Source: Vitrella brassicaformis CCMP3155
Lineage: Eukaryota > Protista > Chromerida
Direction: 5' to 3'
NCBI GenBank assembly: GCA_001179505.1
Contig: CDMY01000878.1
Location: forward strand, 124,001-188,000
DNA: 64,000 nt
Of the stretch, positions 23,792 through 37,674 are shown piece by piece (position 1 is the stretch's first letter; every line of letters begins with the position of its first letter). The position numbers and the translations under genes are program-made. The notes below the pieces were generated by a model. That model had not been told where the DNA came from and made no database searches. It was given only the letters and a program-made list of their open reading frames with translations.

Positions 23792-24788
23792 GACAGACAT
23801 CGGCTGGGGGGCACAGCACAGATAGCAGCCTGTGTGTCTAGTGGGTGGGGCCGGGCTGTACAGATGGGCTTGTGGGCGGGATATACTTGGTTGCGCGTGT
23901 CAATCCTTTCTGCGTGCTCTTTGTGCATGTGCGTGTGGGCGGTCGGTGTCTCACCCATCAGCATCCCGCCAGCTGCAGGTGGGTGATGAAGCGACTGCAT
24001 CCGACGCCCATGCGCAAGGGGCCGGTATTCGTGTGATGTGTGTGCGTGTGCGGTTGAGACTCTGTCATGTGTGAGTGCACCCATGTTGGTTGTGCCGATG
24101 GATGGATGGATGGAACGCATTCACGTATATGTTCTGCATGGTGAGTATCTCATGTGACGCACAAATAGGCCACCTGGCCCCCTGCCGCCCGGACGGCCAC
24201 AAAAATGCCAAGGAGTCGACTGACACGAAAGCACCAATGGCACCTGCCGGCAACAGACGCATGAGGATGAACGAGTGAGGCCAAACACCCACATGCAGGA
24301 AAACTCGATACACTCCCTCTACACCATCCTGCCTCTACGCCTTTCGCGCATCGCTTTGGCGGCCACCTGGTGGGTGACGGCTTCACCACAGGCACGAAGG
24401 CTGCCCGGGGGAAACACATCACTGGCTCCCCCAGGAAGCGACGCGCGACAGGCGAGACGCAGCTGCAATCCACGCACCGGGTAGACACACACGGCCCCCT
24501 CACACAAAACAGGGCCACGCAAAACGCATGGATGGATGGATGGCCGCGAGAAAGCAGCACACTGGCAGGCACCACTGTACTGAAAAAGCCGATCTGCTCT
24601 GCTCTCACATGTCATGCACCAGCCGACACAGACGGATACGTAAAGCCACGCAGGCCCACCAACACACATTACACTGTCGGAGAGACAGCGGCGAAAAACC
24701 GCCCGCACAGAAGACGGGGGTCGGTCTGTCTGTCTGTCTATCTGTCTGTCTATCTCTCTCTCTGGTACGTTTGTGGCCATGGTCATCG

Positions 24789-27700
24789 TTATGGTGTCTC
24801 TTCGCTTCCGGCGGCCTCCTCTATGTCGTCGTCAAGGGGCTCCACAGGCACGCGCCAAAAGTTAAACGAGCTGAACTGCACACACACACACACACACACA
24901 CGCACACACCAAGACACAGATAAATGGATGCATGCATCTGTCAGCTCAGCTGTCCGCGAGTACGTGCGCCTGCCTACTTGTGTGTGGGAGAGGGAGGGGA
25001 GAGGGAGGGGAGAGGGAGGGGAGAGGGAGGGAGGGAGGGAGGGAGGGGGGCAATGAGGCAAGCTCGGGGCAGCCAGAAGACGACAACGAATGTCTGTCAA
25101 AACCACCCCACCTGCCTAATGGTGTGTGTCTTCTTCACTCACGACGCTCTGTCCATATACGCAGCTAAAGCACTATCAAAGTCCCCTCCCTAGTCACTCA
25201 CTCACCCACTCACTGCCAGCGTCTCTCTGCCTCACGCAAGAGTCTTCCTGGCCTTCATGTTCCGCTCTACAGCCGGATCGAACTCTCTGCTCCACCCCGC
25301 ATAAGACACAGAAACAGCCCCTCTCCCTCCCCCTCCCCCTCCCCGCCCGCCTCTCCTCTCGGTGGTTGTGGTGGTGTTAACCTGGTCGTCTGCAGATGGC
25401 GACTCCTGGCCCTGATCTTTGTCTCTGTCGTCGCCGGCCGCCGCCGCGTGGGCGTCCTCCTCCCCGCCACGCACCGAGGGGAACATCTCGTGCACTATCT
25501 GGCGCATCGTTTGATACCTGACAAGAGAGAGAGGGGGGGAGAGAGCGTGGGTGTGGGGCGGGATGGTGTTTGTGTGGTGTTTGTGGAGTGGGGTGAGGGA
25601 GTACGGACGTTCTGGCGTAGGTGGTGTTGCAGTGGTGGATGAGGCCTTTGGTGTCGATGATGAAGACCTTGGCCTCGGGCACACCCACAGAAGTGTACGC
25701 CCGGTAGTCCTGATGTCACACACACCACACACAGACCCGCGCTTTGTCTGGGGGCGGGTGGCTTGGTGGGCGTGTGGGTGGAGCCTGACCGATTCCCTGT
25801 TGCCGAATCCGGCGTAGAATGGGTTGTGCTCCTGCGAGAAGAGGCCGCGGATGTCGCGCAATGCAGCTATCTTGAACACCTGCAGACAGAGAGGGATCAT
25901 GGGAATGTAGGGGTAGGGCGGTGGGTGGTGCGGCATGCTGTGGTGCGTCGTTTGCGTGATCACATACATGTGGCTTCCTGTCGATGACCTCCCGTCTGAA
26001 GGACGACAGCAGACGGTCCGGGCTCAGAATCAGCGGGCCATCTGGCAACCCACCCACACACACACAATGACTGTCTTGCCTTGTGCATCCTTCCTTGATT
26101 CTCTCACCGGGCAGCCTGTCCATCTCGCTTTGGCACAGCCCGAAGAGGTAGTCTCTCGTGAGGTCCGCCTGCCCGATGGCCCGTGCCGACATGTATACGA
26201 TCCTGTAGCCGTTCTTGCGGATGGCCGTGTACAGCGACGCCACACCGAGGTGCGACCAGTCGCGGCCGACGATCGGCATCAGCTGACCCAATAAATCGGA
26301 CCTGACAGACACAGGCAGGGAGGGAGAGAGACAGATATGGGTGTGGTGTCTGGGTGTGGAGTGGTGTGTTGTGTGGGTGGGTGACTTGGTGATGGTTCCA
26401 TCGACGTCAGAGACGACGATCTTGGCGTTGGGGGGCCAGAAGTAGATGGTGGATGTGATGCTCTGGGTGCCCTGCACACACGCACCCAGCAATCACACCA
26501 CCCATACACGCACACAGACACGCACACAGACACAGACACAAACACACACACATTTGTCGGCCGTCCGCTGCCCACCTGGAGCGACGACGTGACGGAGAAG
26601 GTGACAGGGTTGGGCCCCGGCTTCAAATTCAACGAACGCTGCACACACTCACACACACGCACACATATACACACACACACGTACCAACCCATGCCTCCCT
26701 CCCTCCCTCCCTCCCTCCACTCACCAGCTGCTCTGTCGTGGGTCTCAGCGACTTCCGGTAGCACTTGGATGGCGACCCCTGTGTGGTGGGTGTGGGCGTG
26801 GCGCAGCACAGCACGCTCCCCGCCCCACCCGCCGGCCCCCCGTTGCCGTTGACCTCCCGTGCGTGGGGTATGGGTGTGAGGCCGGCCCCCGCCTCTCGCT
26901 GCAGCCCGTCGGCCTGCAGCACCGGGGTGTCGGGGGAGGGCGGCATTGGGCCCATCTCAAGGTCAGCGCCGACTGTCTTGGCTGAAGGCAGAGAGGAGGG
27001 AGGGGTCTATGTGTGTTGGTGGGTGTCCGTGGTGAGCTGGCAGACATGCGCACCTTTTCGTGGGATCAACGGGGCGGAGGGCGACGAGTTTTCTGAATGG
27101 ACGGCGATTCACACACAAGCGACAGACAGACAGCCAGACACATGAGCATGCTATAGGTCCATCGATCGACCTATCGAAAACACACCTGCGCTGCGCCCTC
27201 CCCCCACTACCTACCTGTGTCGGCCGCCTCGTGTGCGGCAGATGGTGCCTGCTGCGGCAGGTCGCTCCGGCTCACTCCGCGCCCGAACCACCCACGCCAG
27301 GATGACCCGCTCTGGGGCGCCTTCGACACGTTGACCGTCCTGACACACACAGAGAGAGGAGATCGTGTCCGTTTCCCCTCGAAGCTTCTTCTGTGATGTG
27401 CGAGGGAGCTGGTTGCTTACGTGTTCATGAGGTTCTGGACAGCCGAGAGGGAGATCGGGCGGTTGAAGACGATCCACCTGCAGACACAAGTAACAAAAGG
27501 CAGGCGGAGAGTATTACTAACCGTGCCCCTGTGGGTGCATTTGCGAGGGGCGGCTGGCGTACGATGTGAGAAGAGGGTATGCGACTTTCCATGGGTAGTA
27601 GGGAGGCGTCTGGTCGAACCGCGCCACCAGCGATGGATGGAACCACAGAGAGGGGTCCGCCTGCATATATATACACAAACATATGGACGGCTGGGTGGTG

Positions 27701-28488
27701 CGACAAATCGAGGAACCAACGTGCTGCGATGTGTGTGTGTGCCTGCATGAGAGACCCACCTCCAGCTGTTGCTGCGAGACGATGTTGGCGTTGAAGACGT
27801 CCTCGTCGTGAAGCGCCTGATCCTGACCCCCCCNNNNNNNNNNNNNNNNNNNNNNNNNNNNNNNNNNNNNNNNNNNNNNNNNNNNNNNNNNNNNNNNNNN
27901 NNNNNNNNNNNNNNNNNNNNNNNNNNNNNNNNNNNNNNNNNNNNNNNNNNNNNNNNNNNNNNNNNNNNNNNNNNNNNNNNNNNNNNNNNNNNNNNNNNNN
28001 NNNNNNNNNNNNNNNNNNNNNNNNNNNNNNNNNNNNNNNNNNNNNNNNNNNNNNNNNNNNNNNNNNNNNNNNNNNNNNNNNNNNNNNNNNNNNNNNNNNN
28101 NNNNNNNNNNNNNNNNNNNNNNNNNNNNNNNNNCCCCCCCCCCCCCCCCCCCCCCCCATACACACACGGGGACACTTACTGCCTGCCTGCATGTCGCCTT
28201 GTCAGGTGCCTCACCGGTGTGCCGTGCAGCAGGTGTCCACACAGCGAGAGCTCCACCTTGTGGTCGCTGTCGTCATCATCCTTTACATACACGCACGAAC
28301 GTGAGCCAGCACACACCAAGATCAATCAAAGCTGCACACTCATGGCATCGATGGCCTACCACCAGGTCTGCGAGTCGCTTCCTGTGCGCGTGTGGGCTGC
28401 CGGCGTCGGTGAGAGTTTCGCCCACCTCCTTCCTCTCGGGCAACGCGCCCCACTTCCACTTCCACTGACCCTCAACCTGACACACGCA

Positions 28489-28524
<36 letters not shown>

Positions 28525-29306
28525 TACCGTCTCCCGCTGTCCGCCCTTCGTCTGTCTGTCTGGGCTCCTTGATGCATTTGCTCACATCCTGGGATTTGTC
28601 GAGGTCTGCCGGCGCGGACACCGGCTCCCGCACGTCAATGCCCACCATCTTCCCACCCTCTCCCTCTCCCTCTCCTACGCCATTCGCCACGCCCAGCCCC
28701 TCCCCCTCCCACTCAGCCTTGATGCCGTGGGTCACCCCCTTCCTCTCATCACCCAGCTGCCACTCCCGCGAAGCCTTGTCGGTCAGCACCGCCTCTGAGA
28801 GGGTGAGGGGCATTGGGGGCGGGCGGAGGCCCTCGGTGTCGGTGGGCATCATGTAAGGGCGGGGGGAGAGGATGGGCGAGTGCAGGGGGGAGGCCAGGGC
28901 GTTGCCCGAGACGGGCTCCTCAGTCTCTTCCACGAAGTAGGCCTCCCCCGCTGCCCCCAGCTTCATGCGCAGGTCGGTGGGCTGGTCGTTCACGGTGATC
29001 GTCACCTGCACATACGCACATGCACACAGACAGACAGGGAGAATGAGATAGATGCATGTCCCACGGCTGCGCGGTTTTTTCTCGGCGTCTGTGTGTGTTG
29101 TGTGTCTTTCTCTCTCCCTATCTCTATCAGCTCACGATCTTTTCCCTGCTCCTCAGCAGCTTTGCCTTGCCGAATCTGACATGGAATGGCGTGCTCTTGA
29201 TGGAGCCGTCGGGCTGCGGGACGGCGATGATGTCGATGCATCCAGACAGGGTGGCCTGGTTGATGTCGAGCGCTGATGACACGCTGCTCAGGAACTTGCC
29301 CCACAT
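24789..29306 (-). CDS. PAH1: Lipin / phosphatidate phosphatase (N-LIP, middle domain, C-LIP HAD)
   Basis: [36 protein letters not shown] (N-LIP); VELSLCG (middle domain); [29 protein letters not shown] and FNFWRVP (C-LIP). Confidence 0.95.
27834..28133. other. Assembly gap (300 N) inside a lipin intron, flanked by poly-C
   Basis: N run; C7 before it and C24 after it (28134-28157). Confidence 0.99.
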
Positions 29307-29465
29307 GACGGAGTGCAACGCCGACGGGACAGGCACAGATGAACGGGCAAAGAGCTGCGCGGCGCAGGGGCGAAATACGCGTAGCGGTATGGCCGTCACT
29401 TACTCACAATGGCCGTGCAGAAAAGCGGCTGGGCGTCCGGGGGCTGTGAAACTGCTCGTCGCAGC

Positions 29466-29475
29466 TTAGCTCGCG
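29466..29475 (-). promoter_or_regulatory. Candidate promoter motif (CGCGAGCTAA)
   Basis: Between lipin (29306) and PPIL4 (29613). Confidence 0.5.
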
Positions 29476-29612
29476 GGGAGGGAAGGGAAAGAGAGGAAGA
29501 GAAGGGAGGGCGGCTCTGTCCGCTGCGGCCTTCTCTCCGTACTGCCCTACGTTCTGTTGTCGCATTCGCCGGTTGTCTGTGAGGCGCGTGTGTGGCTTGA
29601 AGTGACTGGAGG

Positions 29613-31338
29613 ATGGCGGTGCTGCTGGAGACGAGTGTGGGCGACCTGGTGATAGATCTGCACACGACCGAGTGCCCGCAGGCGTGCACCAACTTCCTCA
29701 AGCTCTGCAAGATCAAGTACTACAACAACTGCCTCTTCTACGCCGTCCAGAAGGACTTCGTCACGCAGAGCGGCGACCCTACCAACACAGGAAGGGGCGG
29801 AGACTCAATATTCAAGCTACTGGTACGCACGCGTCACACGCATACACACAACACATGCAACCATGCGTCTGGTGTGGGTGTTGCCTATCTGTTCAGGGAA
29901 AAGGTCCGCATTTCCAGGATGAGATCAGCCCGAAGCTCAAGCACGACCGTGTCGGTGTGGTGGCGACCAACAACAGCCACCCCAACGAGAACACCAGCCA
30001 GTTCTACATCACACTCCGAGACAAGATCGACTACCTCGACGGACGACACACCATCTTCGGCGTCGTGGCCGAGGGCGCCGACATCCTGCTCAACAAGATC
30101 AACCCCGCACTGCTGGGCGACGACGGCCGGCCCATCCAGAACATCCGCATACGGCACACACACGTGCTGGAGGACCCTTTCGATGATCCCGAGGGGCTGG
30201 GGAGGCTGGTGCCGGACAAGTCGCCGGAGGCCATGATCGATGAGGAGCTCAAGCCATTCGAGAACCAGGAGGATGAGGCAGAGGTGGGCGAGTGGTGGTG
30301 GGCACATTCATCTACGCCTTTTGTGATGCGTGTGTTGATGTGTTGTGTTCTGGCACACACAGGTGATAGAGAGGATCGAGACGGGTGAGGCCAAGAGCCG
30401 CGCGGTGGCCTTAGAAATCCTGGGCGACCTGCCCGACGCCGACATGAAGCCGCCAGACAATGTGCTGTTCGTGTGCAAGCTCAACCCACACACACAGGAC
30501 GACGACCTCGAGCTCATCTTCTCACGGTATGGACGCATGAGTGAGTGGAGGCGCACACCGCATCCACACCTCCCCATTCGTGTGTGTCGTCAGGTTTGGT
30601 GCGATCAAGAAGTGCGAGGTGATCCGCGACTGGAAGACAGGCGACTCGCTGCAGTACGCCTTCGTCGAGTTCGAGAACAACAAGTCCTGTGAGGACGCCT
30701 ACTTCAAGATGCAGGACTGCCTCGTCGACGACCACCGGTATACCGCACACACACAACTCACCCACACCATACAGGTCTTCCATGTATGTCATCTCTGCCT
30801 TCTCTCTGTGTGCGTCAGCATCCACGTCGATTTCTGCCAGTCGGTATCCAAGCAGTGGCGCCAGTTCCGCCGGCAGGGCGCCAAGGGCTCACGAGAAGAC
30901 GCACAGGAGGCCAACGCGTTGGCGTCATCAGGCGGCAGGAGGGGCAGGCACCGGCAGGACGACGACGCCAAGCCCCTCAACCCGTCCGATGCCGCAGCAC
31001 AGTACCAGCGCGGCGGCCGGCCTGGCCATGGGTTTGTCTTCGGCGACAGTCAAGGGGGCTCGCAAGCTGCTGCAGGGCAGAGGGGAGGCCGATTTGACGA
31101 TGATGATCGAGACAGAGGTCGCGACAGGGACCGAGACAGGGACAGGTGGAGGGGGCGGGATGACTCTGACAGGAGGCGGAATGAGGACAGGCGGGGGAGG
31201 GATGACCGTGGTGGTGCAGACAGGGACGATCGTGATCGGCATTATGAGAGGAGTGGGGGGCGGAGGGAGAGGGAGAGGGAGCGAGACAGGGACACAGAGG
31301 GAGGCAGAAGGCGGAGCAGAAGCCGCGACAGACTGTGA
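29613..31338 (+). CDS. PPIL4: Cyclophilin-RRM protein PPIL4/CYP59 with an RD/RS-rich tail
   Basis: [41 protein letters not shown]; [54 protein letters not shown]; RD-rich C terminus. Confidence 0.95.
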
Positions 31339-31801
31339 TATTGATACCTTACTGATGCCTGTTCGTTTGTGCTTGTCGGGGGTGCGTGTCTGGATCGACT
31401 TGCACCTGAGTGCCCAGCACACGACCCCTGTGCTGTGGCGTTCAAGTGCAAGCAGGACAGCCGACACACCCCTGATGGCCGAACCGCTGGACACACAGAC
31501 GGATAGGCATGCGACATGTATAAGCGACAAACGACATGCGGAGGGCGAGAACACATACATGTGTGTGTGTGTTTCGCATGTTGGTGCGTGCGGTGACTTG
31601 GGTGCGTCGTGCTTGCCGTGCATCACTCGTGATCTACTCACGCTTCTCCTGCAGCAATGACACCTGGCTGTGGCACAAGCGTGAGGTGAGGTGGCGACAG
31701 AGCGATTCACGAAAGCCAAAGACGCAAACGTGTCCTCCTATCGACCCAAAGTCTTATCAATCGCGCACCCATGAAGCACATCGCTCGCAGGATGCTCTGG
31801 C

Positions 31802-32606
31802 CTATTTCGCGTCTTGTGAGGCAAGGGCAGAGTGCTCTTTTGCCTTCCTCCTGCCGCCTTCTCCCCTCGGCACCCGAACACTGATGCGCAACGGCGGCAG
31901 ATCCTCCCGTCTCCAGTCCTCCCCCTTCCTCTCAGCCTCAGTCGCCCACTCCCTCTCCATGACATCCTCCTCATCGTCTTGCAGATCCTCGTCTGCATCC
32001 TCTCGCTCAGCTGTCGCTCCACAAGGCTGCTGCGTCATGTTTGAGTCGTAGAAATACTCGTAATTTGGGTCCTTGTTGAAACGCTGTTGTGGCGGCTCGT
32101 AGAGTCCGTCGATTGGTGGAGAAGGGCCGAGGAAAGAGAGGAGAAAGCGGCGTGGGGGACGGCGCATGCAGAGCTCTGAGCAAGGGAGGTCAACGTGGTG
32201 AAGCGGTAGACTGTCTCGGCCATTGCAAGAGCAGACACTGCGGCGTGCATCAAATGTGCATGAGGCCCTCACCTGCGAAAGACAGACAAAGACGCCATCT
32301 GCAGTGTCTCCTCGCCGTTTGTGTGTGTTGTGCCTTTTCTCACCGGCGGGGCTCGTACACATCGGTCGCCGCGCCTGTTTGTTTTGCTTCCGTAGACACG
32401 GCAGCGTGACGATTGTCCCCCTCCGACCACGTCAGCCACGTCGAAACATTCCTCCCCGCATGAATGCGTCGCAGTCTGAGAGCGCCTCTGAGTCGTAATG
32501 TCCTTCTGTGTTGCATACGGTCTTTCAAAGTAGAGCCCCGTGCCGTTGTACGGCTCCCCAAGGCAGAGCAGCTGCATAAAAGGAGAACGAACAAAATAGC
32601 CATCAT
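31802..32606 (-). CDS. Hypothetical secreted protein with a small Cys-rich segment and an acidic tail
   Basis: Signal-peptide-like MMAILFVLLLCSCSALG; Cys-rich CTFDARRSVCSC..LPCSELC; exon structure tentative. Confidence 0.4.
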
Positions 32607-32700
32607 CCAGTGCAGTTTTGCGGTGATCGCGACCCCCTCAGCGCGCAACTCTTCCGCGTGTTTGTTCTCAGTTTCCCCGAGTACCAGAGAAGGATAAGCA

Positions 32701-33974
32701 ATGGCAGGGCCCTCCAGCAGCTTGAGGGAAGGGGGTGCAGTGTATCCTGACCTGGACGAGGCCCAGCCATCTCAGCCATCGAGAGTACCGGCCAGAGGAG
32801 GACCCCTGAGCCGCCAGACGTCCACCAAGAGCCACTACTCCATCTTCTATGGGTCCGTGCCCATCCCTGAGGAGGAAGAGGAGGGCGAACGGGGCGGCGA
32901 AGGGCTGAATGGGTCGGACGCGTCGCCATCGCAGCGGGAGATATCCAAGAAGCTGGTGGTGCAGATGCGGCTGTCGCAGACGTACCTGGTGTTCTGCCTC
33001 GCCATGGCCACGCTGGGTCTCTTCCTGCTGGCGTACTGCCTCTACAAGGTCAGTGTGGGCTGTCTTGGTTGTGGGGGTGCATGGGCTCAGACATTTGCAA
33101 TGGAGAGAGGCCGTTTTCCGACTGTTTATGCATCTGTTTGTGTGTGTGTGCACATGCAGGGTGGCGTGCCAGCGATGCACTGGTGGTTCTTTATCGGAGA
33201 GCTCGTTCTGACGATCTTCCTCACGGCTGAGACCGTCATCGACATGTACCTACTCAGACGGGTGAGCGCCAGGCCTGCAGGGATGACGCCAGTCAAGGCA
33301 ACATGCATGTGGCTTTCATTTCAGGACTTCTGGTTGTATTCGTGGAACATCTTTCAGCTAGTTGTCACGGTTCTCTGCGTCGCATTCGTCGTCTTTGACA
33401 TTCTGCAATGGGTGGGTGGTGGGTGGGTGGGTGGGTGGGCTGGCTGCCTGAGCCAGCCGCTAACCGAGGGGGCTTCTCTCTTTCTCTATTCTGCTCATTG
33501 TGGCAGATGGCCCTGTTCGAGCAGCTGGAAGGCTACCTCTCACTGATCCTACTTATCATCAGATACGTCTTCCAAGTGGCCCGGTATGATGAGTCCTCCG
33601 CCCACACATACATTGAAAGAATGAAAAAACCAGCCACCCTTCTGCGTTTTGCAGGACAGTGGAGCTCTTCCGCAAGTCGGCAGCAAGCCACGCGAGCCAG
33701 CAGGCGGTTGCCGAGGAAACCGTGGCATTCCCACCCATTCGCGAGGTATCTGAGGGCAGGAGGCCCAGCGTTGTTCGGAAACTCTCAACGACCAGCTTCG
33801 CTGGCTATGAGGTGCGGAATACATGAGAGGGCCGGAAAAACGCATCTGTTGACAGAGTGGCTGTGTGTGTGTGGGTGTCAGGTTGATATGGAGGAGGCTT
33901 TTGGGCAGCCTGGCGGCCCTGGCCCATTTAGCCGGCGGGAGACCATGGAAGCGCGGACCAAGAGGGGGATGTAG
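32701..33974 (+). CDS. Four-TM voltage-sensor-domain-like protein without a pore domain
   Basis: Six exons; S1 TYLVFCLAMATLGLFLLAY, S2 FFIGELVLTIFLTAETVIDM, S3 SWNIFQLVVTVLC, S4 LILLIIRYVFQVARTVELFRK. Confidence 0.65.
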
Positions 33975-36269
33975 CTAGAGGCGTACGTGCATGGCTGTAT
34001 GTCTTTATGCATTCATTCGTTCATGGACATGTGATTTGTGGTGTGTCGGTCGTCCATGTGCCGTGTGTGGTACTTGTTCACGTGGCCGACTTATTGCATG
34101 ACGGTCTGTGTGTGTACCATGTGTGTGGGTGCTGGCATCCGATGAAGTGACGCTTTTTCGAGCGAGACACGGTCGATCGTGCTTAGCACTTGATTCAAAC
34201 AAATGTCAGTCACGACAACAGACACACAGAACGAACACACACACACATACACGCACACGTGCGCCGCTGACGTCAGCGAGCAGCAGATGCAGCGACCTCT
34301 GGTGCCTGCCCAGCAGCAATACACATCGGCCTTAGCCCCTCTTTGCCTACCCCTTAACACATCCCTAGCTTGAGCCCACCGCGAATGTCGGTATCCCTCT
34401 CCTCACTACCCCAAGGTGGCTGTATGTATGTGATTCTGACTGAGACGCGGACTCGCCTTTGGAAGTGCCAGCGTCAAAAGCGGAGAAAGAGTTCACTCGT
34501 GCGGGTCTTCGCTCTCAGTCATGGCTGAGTGCTGCCTGCTCTCTTCACGGCGCCTCCTGTTCGCCAGGGGACTGCGCTGCAGTTGAGACGAAGACCTGCT
34601 TGAAACTACCACACACGTGCACCACAAAGAGAGAGGTATAGAGAGAAAGGGCTCTGATATGGTGTCACCTCTTTGCGTAGCGGCATGTGTGGACGAAGCA
34701 GCCTCAGCAGCAGCAGCGATGGATGTGTCGCCAGGCCCTGAAAGCGGACGGGCTGATGCACTCAAGCAGCCAACCAATGGAGACATACATTTGCTCACCG
34801 TGCGGGCCGCCAGGTCCGGCGGGATCGATGATCGGTTGACATCGGGACATACCCAAGCCAGCGGCTGCTTGCGTGTCGGCGTCCCATCGACGTGATGCAC
34901 CCGTGCTGTATACATCGATACCACAAGAATGAGACATGTGTCTGCAGCAAACAACCTTATTCGCTCCCTTACGACTCGGCAGCATCGGGATGGATGTCTT
35001 TCGTACTCATCTGAACAGATATATAGAAAGTACTAAAGATGTTGCCCGTGACGAATCAATTCATCTGTGCCATTCGCTTCTCTGAAGTTTCTTACTTCGT
35101 CGAGCCTCAATCGTGGTACAGATGGCTGGGCGCCTTGGGAACTTGCTGCCGTCCCAGATGATGTCTCACCAATGACAGGCCGATACTGATGTGCCGGCGA
35201 TGATCCCTGGGAACTGACAGCGGCGCCCGTCTCACCAGGACATTGACGTGGCTTGAAGGGCTCCTGCGAGAGCCCGCCAGTGCCTGGCAAAGAAGTGGAA
35301 CAGAGAGAGAGCTTTCACTTTCTTCTCTGCCTCTCTGCTCTCTCTTTCTGTATCCGCATACTTGGCACCGCCTTCTTTGACTGTAGAATGGTGCTGTGGT
35401 CCTGCTGTCGCGCCTTTCTCGCTTCTTCGATAGCCTGGCTCGTCTGAAAGAAGTGACATTGCTCTAAGCATGACAATAAAGGCACAAAGACATCTGCACA
35501 CCGAAGAGTCTCGGTCGCCCTCTGCTGCAGAATCTGAGACATGAGCGATTGCAGAATCTCTTTCAGTCGTGGTTTCCACACTTGCTATGGGCGTACCCAA
35601 TGTCTTGTGGTCCTCACTCTTGCATCCCATACCAGTGGAGCGCCTTGGTGACCGGGGAGACCTGCCCATGGTTGACAGGCCTCTCGTCAAGTTCTTGAGG
35701 GCCTTGTCCCTCTCTAGCAGTAAGGCAATCTGCTTGTGGAACACTTCGAGCATCCTCTGCTGCTGTCGATTCGCCCTCTGTGCAGGAGACATACGAATGA
35801 ACAACGATATGGGTACGGCCTCTATGGACCTCGAGAGATTTCGTATAGAGGCTTTCGTTGCCCTCTCGACTGCAACACGAGATCAGCGTGCACCCAGCCT
35901 ACAGCAACCAAGGGGAGGGCACACGCGTTTCCACTCGTTTCGACAAGCTTACTCGTTTCGACCCCTGCTGAATGTCGGCATCCATGAGGCTCAGACAAAT
36001 TTTCGCCGCATAAATGTCGTTGGCCGCCGCAAGTGAGCGCTCGAAAGATGTGGATCCCTGCATGGCAGGAAAGAAAAATGTCTGAGTGCAGGGTGCGGTT
36101 CGAATGAGGGCTACATCTTCGCTTTTCTCCGGCAAGCCGAGCCTGTATGAAGCGAAAGAAGGTGAAACGAGGGATATCTCATGTGAAGGCACGATCTTCA
36201 TGCGGGAACACTTACCACAAGTTGATTAGCCCCGCATGAAAAGAGTCGGAGAGCTCCCGCATGGGGATA

Positions 36270-36687
36270 CGCACCTCTACGGGAAACACACAGAATCGAT
36301 GGACGTATGCCTGAAGGAGCATGGTCGTCTTTCACCCGAAAAGAGCGTGCACTCATCGAACGCCGCAGCCGCCTCTTCAGACGGGGCAGTCCACACAGAC
36401 ACTGTGGCACAAGACAGAGCACTCGTGGTGCTGCGTTGTGTTTGCTGTGTCGGTACCAGTGAGGATGCTGTTTTCCTTCAGATGAAATAGCACCGAACGG
36501 GTTGGGAAGGCGCGGATCTGAATGCAACAGTGATGCTTGCCTGTGAACCCTCTGCGTCTTGTTCTCCCACCTTGACCGTCTTCTCGCCGTCGTCGACGAC
36601 CACGAACGCCCTCTCGCCGGTCGTCACCAGCAGTGGCTGGCTGACCTGCACCACGACAGGCCTCGGGGAAGACGTGCCCTGGCCCAT
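36270..36687 (-). CDS. MGQG-family paralog A (predicted N-myristoylated; 3' end unresolved, may extend to about 35.3 kb)
   Basis: MGQGTSSPRPVVVQVSQPLLVTTGERAFVVVDDGEKTVK|IRAFPTRSVLFHLKENSILT|VSVWTAPSEEAAAAFD; introns 36570-36518 and 36456-36402. Confidence 0.55.
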
Positions 36688-37674
36688 AACTTGCCGCGGG
36701 AGGGAAGGAAAAAACTTAAGGCCCCCAGGCCCCCACATGCAGGGTCGAGAATTTCTGGAGAATTTCGACGAGACATGCTTTTTTCCCAGCGAGACCGGCG
36801 ACCCCCGAAATCGACGAAGCAGCCGCGTGCAGATGGAGCTGGCAGTACAAGGTCGAGTGAAGCGCCTGTACCCCGCCCGATGGCTTCTGATTACGCAAAT
36901 CGAATCCAGCAAGCACATCGAGCTCTCTCGAGCTCCTGGGAATTGAACAGCTCAAGTGATGTCAAGCTCAAGACCTACATTGATCTGAACATTCCTCCGG
37001 CTGATGCACCTTCTACCGCGGCTGGGTGGCGGCGGGCGAGTGGATCTCACGGACCTGGCTGGGGCGGTGGTGCCGGCGAGTGGCACATCTTGCTATCGGC
37101 AGGTTGATGATGCAGTTTTTCTGGTCCCTTTCCTTCGCACTCGCCCGCCTCCCTCGGGCTGTCCTGCCAAAAGGTCAAGGGCTGTTCCGTCGACTCCTGT
37201 TCGGGCTCATGTTTGCCGCGTGCCATATGAGTGGCGACTGTGTGGAGACCGGCATGATTCCCTCTCTGGTCCATACGCCTGTGCCTGAAGTCCCAGCACC
37301 GACACAGCCGGCCGCTCCATGCATCTCCCGCCTCTCGGCCAGCCTGGAGGACTCGGGACGCCCTCTGCCTCCTCCAGCAGCACCAACGACAAGCCCGCCT
37401 CCCACGTCGAAGGGATGGACGTATGAACCAACGAGCGGATGAACGACGGACGTGCGTTTGGGGGCAGCCTTCCTTCGGTTACCGAGAGAGCCTTCAAGCA
37501 TCACAACCACCATGGACACGTACTGCTGATTGACGGTTGTTGACGTACAGCTAGAGGAAGGATGTTTTCTTCACAACGGACATCGTTCAACCCTCTCATT
37601 TTGAGCTGCCGATTTCTTTCCGTCCGCGGGGGCCGATTTCTTTCCGTACGACCACGTGTCCGACCCCTTTGAGA

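Noticed and set aside
29613-30300. PPIL4 lacks the CypA catalytic Arg (FYAVQKDF)
   Set aside because: This substitution is normal for PPIL4 orthologs.
36881-37500. Possible plus-strand gene starting MASDYANRIQQAHR between the MGQG copies
   Set aside because: Plausible start but no recognisable motif or complete exon chain.
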